DNA of 64,000 nt from Candidatus Thorarchaeota archaeon (GTDB lineage Archaea > Asgardarchaeota > Thorarchaeia > Thorarchaeales > Thorarchaeaceae): the NCBI GenBank assembly GCA_016839445.1, contig JAEOUG010000027.1, positions 1 to 64,000 on the forward strand. Reading direction: 5' to 3'. A program made the position numbers and the translations under genes. The notes beneath the pieces were generated by a model. It was not told the origin of the DNA and did not search any database. It saw only the letters and a program-made list of their open reading frames with translations. Numbering within the stretch: position 1 is the first letter of the stretch; each line of letters opens with the position of its first letter. Shown in pieces: positions 1 to 9,278 of the stretch.

Positions 1-2
1 AG

Positions 3-473
3 GTTTCAGAATCAAGAACCACGATGACGCAGACAGTCTACCCGAACGATGTCAACAACAACGGCACGCTGTACGGCGGTAGGCTCCTGAACTGGATAGA
101 CACACTCGGAGGCATAGTCGCGAAGCGCCACAGTCGCAGTGCCATCGTCACCGCCTCAATAGACTCTCTGAACTTCCTCAGTCCCGCAAGACAGCAGGAC
201 ATCGTCATGCTTGAAGGCTGGGTCAACTACGTTGGGAGAACCTCTATGGAGATTGAAGTAAGGGTCGAGGCTGAAGACCCAGTCACTGCTGAGAAGACCA
301 AGAAGTGCCGGGCGTTCCTGACCTATGTCGCAATGGACAAGAGCGGAACTCCGACTGAGGTCCCAAGACTATTACTTGAAAACGACACTGAGAGGATGAG
401 ATTCGAGGCTGCAAAAGAGCGTAGAGCCGAACGCCTGCGCAGGAAGCATCTGGAACCCGATGTTTGGCAATAG
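3..473 (+). CDS. Acyl-CoA thioesterase (hotdog fold, YciA-like), possibly 5'-truncated by the window edge
   Basis: Motifs VYPNDVNNNGTLYGGRLL and YVGRTSMEIEV; the frame is open upstream of ATG 24 to the edge. Confidence 0.9.
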   Translation, partial: VSESRTTMTQTVYPNDVNNNGTLYGGRLLNWIDTLGGIVAKRHSRSAIVTASIDSLNFLSPARQQDIVMLEGWVNYVGRTSMEIEVRVEAEDPVTAEKTKKCRAFLTYVAMDKSGTPTEVPRLLLENDTERMRFEAAKERRAERLRRKHLEPDVWQ

Positions 474-498
474 CTGAAGGCCCTAGACCAGATACAGG

Positions 499-1203
499 TC
501 ACAGCCAGAGCCGTTTCTTCACTGTTGCTTTCTCTTCATCGCTCAAATCACTAAAGCCCTCAAGCTTCTCCTCAGGGATGCCCCAAAGGTCCTCCTCCAT
601 GCACTCGAAGTGGTGCCACTTCCATGTGAGATGGTCCTGGAAATAGGTGGGCTCGCCAAACCTCAGGGTGTCCTTGTCAATCTTGGCGCCACAGGTCCTA
701 CACGAAGCTCGACCTGACTTCGCTGTCTCGATGCGCCAGTTATCAGTGGGATTGAACTTCCTTCGGCCTGCCGTTTCAAGTGTGTCCAAGAAATCCAATA
801 CGTTTCCACCCACGGTCTTTGAAGTGAGTTTGATTGTGAACTTGTCGTAGTCAGACGCAGCGTACTCAAGGTCGACGTTGCCATTCGAGTACTCCTTCTT
901 CTTGTCAACCCCTGGAGGATATGACCCCCGAGATCTCATGTATTTGAGAATCTGCTCGGCAAGAATCTCACTTGCTGCCCTCTTCCCATCAATCTCTTCG
1001 ACTTTGCCCTTCCTGGCAACCCAGTACTCAGTCACAACCACCGTGACGCCCGTATCCAGAGTCTCTCGTCCTTTTGTCAAAACAACGGAGCCAACTGGGA
1101 CTTTACCGTGTATCTTCGGCATGTCAAAAGTCGATGGATCAATGTAGTAGCCCCAATCGGTTTCATACTCGATGAAATCTGCCAATACATGCACCTCAGA
1201 CAT
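499..1203 (-). CDS. Protein with an unknown N-terminal domain and a C-terminal PARP-type zinc finger
   Basis: RIETAKSGRASCRTC...WHHFEC matches the zf-PARP C-x2-C...H-x2-C pattern with the AKSGRA signature. Confidence 0.85.
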   Translation of the reverse strand: MSEVHVLADFIEYETDWGYYIDPSTFDMPKIHGKVPVGSVVLTKGRETLDTGVTVVVTEYWVARKGKVEEIDGKRAASEILAEQILKYMRSRGSYPPGVDKKKEYSNGNVDLEYAASDYDKFTIKLTSKTVGGNVLDFLDTLETAGRRKFNPTDNWRIETAKSGRASCRTCGAKIDKDTLRFGEPTYFQDHLTWKWHHFECMEEDLWGIPEEKLEGFSDLSDEEKATVKKRLWL

Positions 1204-1244
1204 GCTTTGCGGACTTCTTCTTATAAATGGCTACAACGGGCCGC

Positions 1245-2975
1245 CTATCCGCCAGACATCAATATCATGGACATAAGTGTGGTCCGAAGGTCCTCTTCTG
1301 ACTGGAATCCAGCCAGCTCGCTTTTCCCAATCCTAATCGTGGGCAACGCAGGGAGGTCTCCCTCCTTCACCCCTGATTCTGGATCGTCTACATTCACAAT
1401 CTGAACAGCAGATGATCCTATTCCAATATCCCTTAGCACCGCCTGAAGGCTTTCAAGGACAGGATTGCAGAAGACACAGTGCTCGCTCTTGTAGTAGAGG
1501 ATTGGAGGAATAGCAATCTCCTCTTTCCAGACGGGAAGCAAAAGGACAAACCGACTACCTTTGCTTGGCTTGCCTTTGACTCTGTCTTCAACCCATATCT
1601 CTCCGCCGAGGTCAGAAATGTAGCGGTCGACAACGGTAAGGCCAAGGCCACTCCCCTGCAGCTGGTCCTGTCCTGCGCCATCTCGTCTGAATATGTCAGA
1701 CTTGAGCTCGTCTCTGATGCCGGGGCTTCTGTCAAGAATCTCGATGCGAATCGTTTCGCCAGACTCGTCAAGCGAGGCCTTGAGGTCTATTTGCACTACA
1801 TCACTTGTGTCAGCACTCGCAGAGTGATGGATGATGTTGAAGAACGCATACCAGATGAATGCATGCCCCGACACTTCGAGAGGCTTCTTGGGGACATCAG
1901 TCTTCACCTTGATTGTCTTCCAGGCGAAGTCTCTGGTGATCTCTCGAACGGCTTTGTCGAAGTGTGGCTTAAGCGGGGTCTTGGTCTTCTCAGGGGGCTC
2001 CTGATCAAGAGAGATGAGGACTCCCATGTTCGCTATCATTCTTGCCGCGCGCCTGAGACTCCAAGCAGTCTCGCTCACGAGGTTCTTTAGACGCTCTGGA
2101 AGGTCAATTGAGATTGTGAGGTCCTCGAGGGCGAACAGAATGTTCTGGTTGACGAGATTGAGGTCCTGTGTCATTACTTCCATGTAGAGATTGGCACGCT
2201 GACTCTCTGCTCGAAGACGCTCCTCCATGTTCCTCCTTCGTGTGACATCGACAGCGGTGAGGCCTATCTCAGTTGGAAGTCCAGCACCGCTACTGAAGGG
2301 TCTCGACGAGATGCTCGCCCAGATCCTTCTTCCATCCTGACACTCCATCTCCAGCTCGAGGTTGGTGACCATCTTTCCGCGCACTGCCTCGCGCACAATG
2401 TCACTTGCGGGATCGTAGGTCATCTCCGACTTCGGCATGAACTCGGATAGGCTCCTTCCTACTATCTCGCCACGACCGCAGCCGAGTAACTCCTCTGCCG
2501 CATTGTTGACCTGCTCAATGACTCCTTCTCTATTCAGGGTGAAATAGGCAACAGGAGACATATCATATAGAGTGGCGAACCTGTTCTCAAGCTCAGTGAC
2601 TGCAGACTCCAAAGCCATGCTGCCTGTGAGGTTCCTAATTGATGCAAGAACAGCCTTCTCTCCTTTGACTTCCACTACCGTGGGGTTGATTTCGACCTGT
2701 ATGGCTTGACCAGTGCCGGACATCAACCGGGTGTTGAACTTCTCAACCTCCTCACCAGTGACGAAGGACTCAATCATCTTTGCGTCCTTTCGTCGGGAAG
2801 CGGCGTCCACAAGATCCTCGAACTCGGTATCGATTACGTCTCCCACAGAAAACCCGAGCATATCTGTGAATGCGGTGTTGCATGCAGAAATCGCCTCATC
2901 TCTGATCAGGACAACACCGTCGCGTGAGATTTCCATGATCTTCTTCAGGAAATCGTCAGTAGATATCCCGGGCAT
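1245..2975 (-). CDS. PAS-PAS histidine-kinase-like protein with a C-terminal thioredoxin-like CxxC domain
   Basis: Two PAS domains; DRSPGI and GSGLGL boxes; H-box reads MTQDLN; C-terminal HCVFC...ALPTI. Confidence 0.85.
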   Translation of the reverse strand: MPGISTDDFLKKIMEISRDGVVLIRDEAISACNTAFTDMLGFSVGDVIDTEFEDLVDAASRRKDAKMIESFVTGEEVEKFNTRLMSGTGQAIQVEINPTVVEVKGEKAVLASIRNLTGSMALESAVTELENRFATLYDMSPVAYFTLNREGVIEQVNNAAEELLGCGRGEIVGRSLSEFMPKSEMTYDPASDIVREAVRGKMVTNLELEMECQDGRRIWASISSRPFSSGAGLPTEIGLTAVDVTRRRNMEERLRAESQRANLYMEVMTQDLNLVNQNILFALEDLTISIDLPERLKNLVSETAWSLRRAARMIANMGVLISLDQEPPEKTKTPLKPHFDKAVREITRDFAWKTIKVKTDVPKKPLEVSGHAFIWYAFFNIIHHSASADTSDVVQIDLKASLDESGETIRIEILDRSPGIRDELKSDIFRRDGAGQDQLQGSGLGLTVVDRYISDLGGEIWVEDRVKGKPSKGSRFVLLLPVWKEEIAIPPILYYKSEHCVFCNPVLESLQAVLRDIGIGSSAVQIVNVDDPESGVKEGDLPALPTIRIGKSELAGFQSEEDLRTTLMSMILMSGG

Positions 2976-3032
2976 CTTGAACCATCGTCAACTAGAGCAT
3001 GTCGTATTCATACATAAAGGAATTTGGCGAGT

Positions 3033-4325
3033 CTAGACCACTTCTTTGCGAGTATCAAGACTGGTGATGTTTCTGAGGATTGGCACCAATAGGACAACAC
3101 AGAACAGAGCTAGAACTCCTGATATGTTCCAGACAAGTCGAAGGCTTCCAGTCTGCTCCCATACGATTGCCCCAAACGCTTGGGCGGCCATCGAAACAAT
3201 GCCCATCAAGAGATCGTATGTTCCGAGCGCTCGACCCTTGGTCTCTTCACTGACAACCAGTACGATGATGCTGCGTTCTGCTCCAATCCAAAGCACGAAG
3301 GGCACTGCCCACAGGAGATTGATGAGATACATCTGAACCACTCCTGCGCCGAGTCCAAACCAGACGAAGATGAGGGCGTTCCCCACAACTCCTGCCATCA
3401 GAGCTCGTTTGAGATTCTTGTCCGTCAGTGAACTGGCCGGGTACATGATTAGTGCTGTCACGAAGGAGAAGAGACTCCATGTCAGACCGTAGGTGACACG
3501 GTCCACAGCCCAAGGCCCAACAGAGAGGTTTCCGAGATACGGGACCGAGCTTGACCAAGCAAAGAAGAAGACCACCATCCCGAGAGCAAGAAGCCAGAAC
3601 TCGTTTCCCAGGCCGCGTATGGCGATCTTAGGCCCCATCCGTGCTTTCTGGATGACTTCTGCTCCTAGCGACTCCTTGACAAGTATCATTGCTGACACAA
3701 AGGCAAACAATGATAGGATAGCTCCGACGAAATGAAGGTCAGAGGATTGGTAGCCCGCGCTGAAGGCGAATGTCCCGAAGAACGGACCAAGAGCATCGAA
3801 GAACCAGAGGGGCATCATCACCATCATCATCCGTCTCGCCGGGTTCAGACCTCCATCAGAGGCGATCTCATCTGCGGGCATTGCTCTTGACATCAGTCGG
3901 ACCGCGCTCATTCCGAACCAGACAAGTCCGTACTGAATAGCTACTAGCGGCCAGAGAGGAATGTAGGATAGCAGGAGAAGGCCGACGGTAGTAGGAATGA
4001 GACCTAGGGCGATTGTCTTCCGACGCCCGATGAAGTCGGCGATATACCCTGCAGAGATACTACCGATCAAGCCGGCCAGAGTAGCGACTGAGAAGACCAA
4101 TCCAAGCTGCCATGGCTCAAGAAAGCCCTCAAGGAAGATGCCAAACTCCCACTTCCACAAGGCTACAGATATCTGTGAGATGCCCATGACTGCAGCAAGC
4201 CGCCAGAGATTAGCGCTAAGCCCCAAGAAGCCTCTCTTGGACTGCCTAGGCGCATCTAATCCATTGAGACTGCCACTCGTGGCTTCGTCGATCACCGGGA
4301 CACCTCGATGGCACGGTGACCTCAA
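3033..4325 (-). CDS. MFS transporter
   Basis: About 12 hydrophobic segments; motif A GYIADFIGRRK; start codon uncertain. Confidence 0.85.
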   Translation of the reverse strand: MRSPCHRGVPVIDEATSGSLNGLDAPRQSKRGFLGLSANLWRLAAVMGISQISVALWKWEFGIFLEGFLEPWQLGLVFSVATLAGLIGSISAGYIADFIGRRKTIALGLIPTTVGLLLLSYIPLWPLVAIQYGLVWFGMSAVRLMSRAMPADEIASDGGLNPARRMMMVMMPLWFFDALGPFFGTFAFSAGYQSSDLHFVGAILSLFAFVSAMILVKESLGAEVIQKARMGPKIAIRGLGNEFWLLALGMVVFFFAWSSSVPYLGNLSVGPWAVDRVTYGLTWSLFSFVTALIMYPASSLTDKNLKRALMAGVVGNALIFVWFGLGAGVVQMYLINLLWAVPFVLWIGAERSIIVLVVSEETKGRALGTYDLLMGIVSMAAQAFGAIVWEQTGSLRLVWNISGVLALFCVVLLVPILRNITSLDTRKEVV

Positions 4326-4375
4326 ATCCTGCTTAAGTTGCTACCGATGTATGCGCGGTGAATTGCATAGCCAAG

Positions 4376-4411
4376 CGAAAAAGAAGCGGATGGAGAGGAC
4401 TGACCTCTCCA
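4376..4411 (-). terminator. Hairpin plus U-tract downstream of SSB paralogue 1
   Basis: TGGAGAGG-5nt-CCTCTCCA (4391-4411) followed on the minus strand by CTTCTTTTT. Confidence 0.55.
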
Positions 4412-4438
4412 AAGGATTGAGTTGATTTCTAGGAGGGT

Positions 4439-4930
4439 CTAGTAGCCACCTCGACGATCTCGACCGTAGCCTCCGTAACCGCCTTCACGGCGATCTCGCC
4501 CACGATCTCTTCCGCCGTAGTCGCCACCCCTATCGTACCGACGAGGTCGGTACTCACGCTCGTGCTCTGCTTCGGACATGTCCACCTCGTTGTTGACTTC
4601 GCCAATTGCCGCCTCTGCAGCGGCAATCTCGCCGTACCTGCCTATGTTCAGGCGAAGATGTCCCTGGAACAGGCCGGTGTAGCCGTTGGTCAATGTGTAG
4701 GTAGAGTCGACCTCAAACTTCTCAATCATATCGTCCCAAAGTGGCACAACCACAGTCCCTGTAGAGTCTCCAACTCTAGCGTCAAGAACACGATGATTTT
4801 CGTTATCCTTCCGCGAGAAGACTTCACGAGCCTCGCCCATCTCAATCACCTTGAAGGTGATAGTGATGTTCTTCATGCGAGGCTTCAGTTCAGCAACTGT
4901 GGCAAGAACGGGCTCACGTTCATAACTCAT
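4439..4930 (-). CDS. ssb: Single-OB-fold ssDNA/RNA-binding protein (archaeal SSB/RPA-like) with an RGG/Tyr-rich tail, paralogue 1
   Basis: OB motifs VGDSTG, VPLWD, NGYTGLFQGHLRLNIGRYG; tail RGGDYGGRDRGRDRREGGYGGYG. Confidence 0.85.
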   Translation of the reverse strand: MSYEREPVLATVAELKPRMKNITITFKVIEMGEAREVFSRKDNENHRVLDARVGDSTGTVVVPLWDDMIEKFEVDSTYTLTNGYTGLFQGHLRLNIGRYGEIAAAEAAIGEVNNEVDMSEAEHEREYRPRRYDRGGDYGGRDRGRDRREGGYGGYGRDRRGGY

Positions 4931-5068
4931 TGTAGCTCACATCAGTGCGTTTGCAGGGATTCGATAACTAGGGCGTAAGACAGAACAAGTACCGATATCG
5001 ATAGGCAAGATCTGGTTGAGCCTCTGGTTGAGTTCCTGCGGGTTTCTGACACCCTCGAGTCCTTATAA
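4931..5068 (-). promoter_or_regulatory. TATA box and long conserved structured 5' leader of SSB paralogue 1
   Basis: TTATAAGG (5061-5068 on minus strand), followed by ordered motifs shared with 60773-60922. Confidence 0.65.
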
Positions 5069-5151
5069 TCTTGTTTCCGGAGGGGAATCAGCCGACTTCA
5101 AGATGGCACTCTGCAGTGCCCCTATTGCGTAGCTCACCAGTTCCTGGTTCA

Positions 5152-6345
5152 CTAGTTGATGATGAGGCTCTCAATGTCTCGTGGATACTTGGTCAGAACC
5201 TCGATACCGTCCTCGGTCACTACGAAGGTGTCAGAATGCCTGAAGCCTCCAAGGCCTCTCTCGTAGATGCCAGGCTCACAGGAGAAGATCATTCCAGGCT
5301 CAAGCACATCTTCAGAGCCGATGTCCAAGAATGGGCGCTCGTGCCCCTCCATCCCAAGTCCATGTCCTGTGTGGTGTCTAACGAGATTGGATACACCGTG
5401 CTTCTTGAATGCATCTCGGGATGCTCTATCCACATCTGAGCAATAGACACCGGGGCCAGCCGTCTCAAGAGCTGCATTCTGGGCTGCCATCATCGCCTCG
5501 AAGAGCTCCTTCTGTCGACGGGATGGATCGCCCATGAACATCGTGCGCTCAAGCTCAGAGTGAACTCCATAAACATCGGAAGAGGCTCCCGTAACCAGAG
5601 TGTCACCCTTGCTGAAGACAAGCCCACGAGAGAGAGCGTGCGGGAAGAATGAATTTGGGCCAATCTGACCCCGGTAGAGAGCTATTGCAGGAAACATCGA
5701 GAAGCCAGTAGGGTGGTAGTCATCTCCAAGCTCAGTCACCATGTCATGAGAGCCCATGGTGCTCGCCTTGATGGTCACGTCAATCTCGTTTGCCCCCACC
5801 TCGGTCAGTTCTTGGAGATACTTGTGTGCCCTGTCAGCCCACTTGGCAGACTCCTTCATCAGCTCGATCTCTTCAGGCTCTTTGATGACACGCATGTCCA
5901 TCACGGTTTCTGGAAGCAAGTTGAACTTGAGACCGGTGACATCCTCTAGAGACTCGCCCTTGTAGCCCCAGTACGATGGAGCACCGGGGGCTTCTGAAGC
6001 CACTCGACCCGGGGATAGAGCTAGCTCCTTCAGCAAGATGCGGCGTAGGTGCTGCATTGGGTGCTGCTCATCAGGGAACTCAAAGTAGCTGTAGACGTTC
6101 TCGACAAACGGAACCTGATGCTCTACGTGGTCAATCTCAAGAGAGGGCACGAAGAAGGAGACCTCACCCTTGTGGATGATGAGTATTATTGGCCTCTCAG
6201 TCGGTATGAAAGAGAGACCAGTGAGATAGAAGATGTTCGTGGACTTGAACACGAGAAAGGTCTCAAGGTTCAGCTCCTCTAGCTTCTCTACCAGCCTCTG
6301 AAGTCGCTTCTTGTGATGATCTGGTGTGAGGTGAGTTCGTGTCAT
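5152..6345 (-). CDS. Xaa-Pro peptidase (M24B family)
   Basis: Creatinase-like N-terminal domain; HHTGHGLGMEGHE, EPGIY, GFRHSD; start placed at MTRTH. Confidence 0.9.
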   Translation of the reverse strand: MTRTHLTPDHHKKRLQRLVEKLEELNLETFLVFKSTNIFYLTGLSFIPTERPIILIIHKGEVSFFVPSLEIDHVEHQVPFVENVYSYFEFPDEQHPMQHLRRILLKELALSPGRVASEAPGAPSYWGYKGESLEDVTGLKFNLLPETVMDMRVIKEPEEIELMKESAKWADRAHKYLQELTEVGANEIDVTIKASTMGSHDMVTELGDDYHPTGFSMFPAIALYRGQIGPNSFFPHALSRGLVFSKGDTLVTGASSDVYGVHSELERTMFMGDPSRRQKELFEAMMAAQNAALETAGPGVYCSDVDRASRDAFKKHGVSNLVRHHTGHGLGMEGHERPFLDIGSEDVLEPGMIFSCEPGIYERGLGGFRHSDTFVVTEDGIEVLTKYPRDIESLIIN

Positions 6346-6486
6346 GAAGGACACCGTGAATCCGTGTGTCCAAGCTCGCAATAAGCATTCTCCATTGCAG
6401 AGCTGTACATGACGTGGGGAACTTCTGGGCAGTTTGTCCCGCAGTCCCTGGGAGCCACAGCCCAAATCTGGCGCTGAACCGATGAC

Positions 6487-6542
6487 TTATATGGAAACGG
6501 AACGTTTTAATGAATACGGAACGTTGCAGTCAAATCGGAACG
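6487..6542 (+). promoter_or_regulatory. TATA box followed by three CGGAACG direct repeats at a 19-nt period (putative operator)
   Basis: TTATAT at 6487-6492; CGGAACG at 6498, 6517 and 6536. Confidence 0.55.
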
Positions 6543-6770
6543 ACCTGGCTGCAGCGGGGTATTCGCAGAGGTACAACATGATGGGAGAAGCACGCCGGGA
6601 AAACTCGCAGAAGCGCAGTCCACCACAGCTTGCGAAGCCTCGCCATTCCAGCATCACTCCTGCTAGGCAATGGTGTTTTGGTACATCTCCATCGCTCTCT
6701 CTCTCCTGGGTGGTCTCTGACAAGGAGGCCACCCCCCTCTGCAGACAAGAACGCCTATACCCGGGAGCCG

Positions 6771-7718
6771 ATGTCGATGAGTTGGCCTGAAAACTACCCT
6801 GAATCAGAAAGCGAAGCGAAGATAACGCCACCGCAGAAGGCAGGCATTCTGGAAGATGTCAAGCATGGATTCAAGCTTCTAGGAAAGAACCTGCTCTCCT
6901 ACTTCCTCGCAATCATAGGAATCATCTTACTCGCAGTCACGATCATGCTTGGGATTATCGTGGCAGTGGGAATCTACATGCTATGGACAGTGGGTCTGGG
7001 AGAGACCTATGGTATCGTTCTATGGATGATAGATGTGATAACCGTGACACAAGGGATGTCACTTGTCGCGCTTGTGGTGTTTCTCATCGCACCCCTCCTA
7101 GGTCCGCTCTTCGTAGCGCTGGGTGCGATCTACGGCCTGTCAAGAGAGGTTGTTGAGAGCTCTGCAACATCTGCATCTTCAGCGTTCTCATGGTACAGGA
7201 AGAGGACCTTCTCGCTCATTGGCGGTGGAATGGTCCATTTCCTAGTGACTCTCATTCCCGTGATAGGCGCATTCCTGACTTTATCATACCCGTTGTGGAG
7301 TCCACCTACTGACACAGAGCTAGCGCTCATACTACTCCTCCTGTGCGCATGGGTTCTTCTGATTAACGGAATGCTTTCAATGACATTCCCAGGAATCATC
7401 GACGGGCTCTCAGCAGTGAGAGCAGCGGGCCGCTCCGTCAAGCTGACCTGCTGGGCACCTCGGAGAGTACTTGGCGTCTGGGGAACGTATATGCTGATGA
7501 TAGGTGGGCTCTTGGCGCCTCTAGTACTTGGAGAGCTCTATCCAGGAGCCATCCCGATTCCTGAGGAGTCGCTGGCTCACTACGGACAGGGAGCTCTCGC
7601 CCTCATTCTCTTCATAGTCCTGCCCGCACTGACGATATCCCTGACACGAGTATATCTCATACTCGGTGCGAAGTATGAAGACACATACGAGTACGAGAAG
7701 GGGGCCCCTGAGAAATGA
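6771..7718 (+). CDS. Multi-pass membrane protein
   Basis: About 6 TM segments; start placed at MSMSWP; overlaps the next gene (ATGA). Confidence 0.75.
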   Translation: MSMSWPENYPESESEAKITPPQKAGILEDVKHGFKLLGKNLLSYFLAIIGIILLAVTIMLGIIVAVGIYMLWTVGLGETYGIVLWMIDVITVTQGMSLVALVVFLIAPLLGPLFVALGAIYGLSREVVESSATSASSAFSWYRKRTFSLIGGGMVHFLVTLIPVIGAFLTLSYPLWSPPTDTELALILLLLCAWVLLINGMLSMTFPGIIDGLSAVRAAGRSVKLTCWAPRRVLGVWGTYMLMIGGLLAPLVLGELYPGAIPIPEESLAHYGQGALALILFIVLPALTISLTRVYLILGAKYEDTYEYEKGAPEK

Positions 7719-8353
7719 GTCCACGCGGCTCTTTCGAACCAAAGGAGTTTGCCGTCATCACCAACATGAGTATGATAAAGCTCCTATTGGAAAGCAGCCG
7801 AAGGGAGATTGTCTTCAGGTATCTGGTGGCAAGAGAGATGACGGTGAAGCAACTCGCTGACGCTATGAACAAGACTCCAGGGAATATCCTTCATCACGTG
7901 AACAAGCTGAAGAAAGCGGGAATCATCAGACAGGTGAGGACAAAGGAAACACCTACAGGGATAGTGGAACGTTACTACCGGGCCACTGCGAAGGACTTCA
8001 GACTGGGAATCAGCGAGGTCCTGAAACCAGCTGGTGAGCCTACCAGAGTCGAGCAAGATCGGGCAAAGGCCGCAATTCTGGGACTATCTACAGTTGGCGT
8101 GTCCGCCTCAGAAGAAGACGCAGAAGCGGCGAGGGAACTCCTAGAGAAGATCTATGCCATCGAAGATGAAGTCTCGAGTATTGTGGACAAGAGAGAGAAC
8201 ATAGCCTTTCAGCGACTCCCTCCGTCGACAAGGACAGACGTCACTCAGGCAATCACTCGGTTCCTGCTGTCGAAGAACGGGCGATATAGAGAGCTAGTTC
8301 AGAAATGGAATGACTTCATGAGCACCCACTTGAACGGGGGACAGAAGAGATGA
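7715..8353 (+). CDS. ArsR-like winged-HTH transcriptional regulator
   Basis: SRREIVFRYL...MTVKQLADAM...ILHHVNKLKKAGII...VERYYRATA. Confidence 0.85.
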   Translation: MSPRGSFEPKEFAVITNMSMIKLLLESSRREIVFRYLVAREMTVKQLADAMNKTPGNILHHVNKLKKAGIIRQVRTKETPTGIVERYYRATAKDFRLGISEVLKPAGEPTRVEQDRAKAAILGLSTVGVSASEEDAEAARELLEKIYAIEDEVSSIVDKRENIAFQRLPPSTRTDVTQAITRFLLSKNGRYRELVQKWNDFMSTHLNGGQKR

Positions 8354-9273
8354 GCATTGAGTTCGCATTGACATTGGCCAAGGCAGCGGCACTCGCGGTA
8401 GCTCTGCCGGTCTTGGTTCTAGTCGTCACTTACGTGATTGTGCCTAGACTTCGTGAGAAACGGTCAGGAGGACTGCTGAGGTATCTCTCGTATCTAATCA
8501 TACCTCCAACTCTAGGAGTCTCGGAAACACGTTCCTCCGAGCTTCCTGCCGAGAGCGGTTCGACACCATCGTGGAGGCGAGACAAAGTGAGGCTCTACTT
8601 CTACTATCTCGGAGTTGTCCTCTTTGTCGTTAGCTTTGCAGTCGCTGAGTTGTATGAGGTCTTGCTTGATCTTCTCCTGCCAGTCAGCCAGGGCAGCACC
8701 GGAGAATTCAGAGTCGTGTATAGCCTCGTATTCCAGAATTTGTTCGCCGGAGGATGGGTCGGATCTTTGCCATGGTTTGGGTTGGTCACGTACCATGAAA
8801 CCTGGGATTGGATCTTCTTCACCTCCGCATTCACAGACAACCCCAGCTTCCTGCTTTCAATCTCGACAAGTCTGACTCTGCTCTCCTTTGTTGTGGGGCT
8901 TGTCTATCTTGCACCCCTCGCCCTCCCGAGAGTAAGGAAGGCATTCGTTCCCTCGATGTTCTTCTTTATGACTGGAAGTGCCATTTTGGCGAAGAGCGCT
9001 TCGAGCTGCCTTGCCTATGCTGTTGCTCTGGCATTCTTTGGTGTGCAATTGGAGTACGGGTCGATGACAGCCACTGGAAGCATGATACTGGGACTCTATG
9101 AGCTGATTGCAGTGATGCTTCCCATAGTCCTGCTCATGCTCGCGTTCACCTTGATACTTGGCCGTCGGCTGTGGCGGACTTACTTCGCTGACACCAAGTC
9201 TAGGAGATGGTTTACGGGTTACATGGCCGTCAGCTTCTGGCTGGGGGTCATCCTTACAGCAGTAATGGTGTGA
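8350..9273 (+). CDS. Multi-pass membrane protein
   Basis: About 7 hydrophobic segments; translationally coupled to the regulator. Confidence 0.75.
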   Translation: MSIEFALTLAKAAALAVALPVLVLVVTYVIVPRLREKRSGGLLRYLSYLIIPPTLGVSETRSSELPAESGSTPSWRRDKVRLYFYYLGVVLFVVSFAVAELYEVLLDLLLPVSQGSTGEFRVVYSLVFQNLFAGGWVGSLPWFGLVTYHETWDWIFFTSAFTDNPSFLLSISTSLTLLSFVVGLVYLAPLALPRVRKAFVPSMFFFMTGSAILAKSASSCLAYAVALAFFGVQLEYGSMTATGSMILGLYELIAVMLPIVLLMLAFTLILGRRLWRTYFADTKSRRWFTGYMAVSFWLGVILTAVMV

Positions 9274-9278
9274 CATCA

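Noticed and set aside
6346-6770. Long intergenic region considered as RNase P RNA, SRP RNA or tRNA, and ORFs 6434-6790 and 6487-6831
   Set aside because: No RNase P or SRP consensus and no cloverleaf seen; the ORFs have no protein-like features
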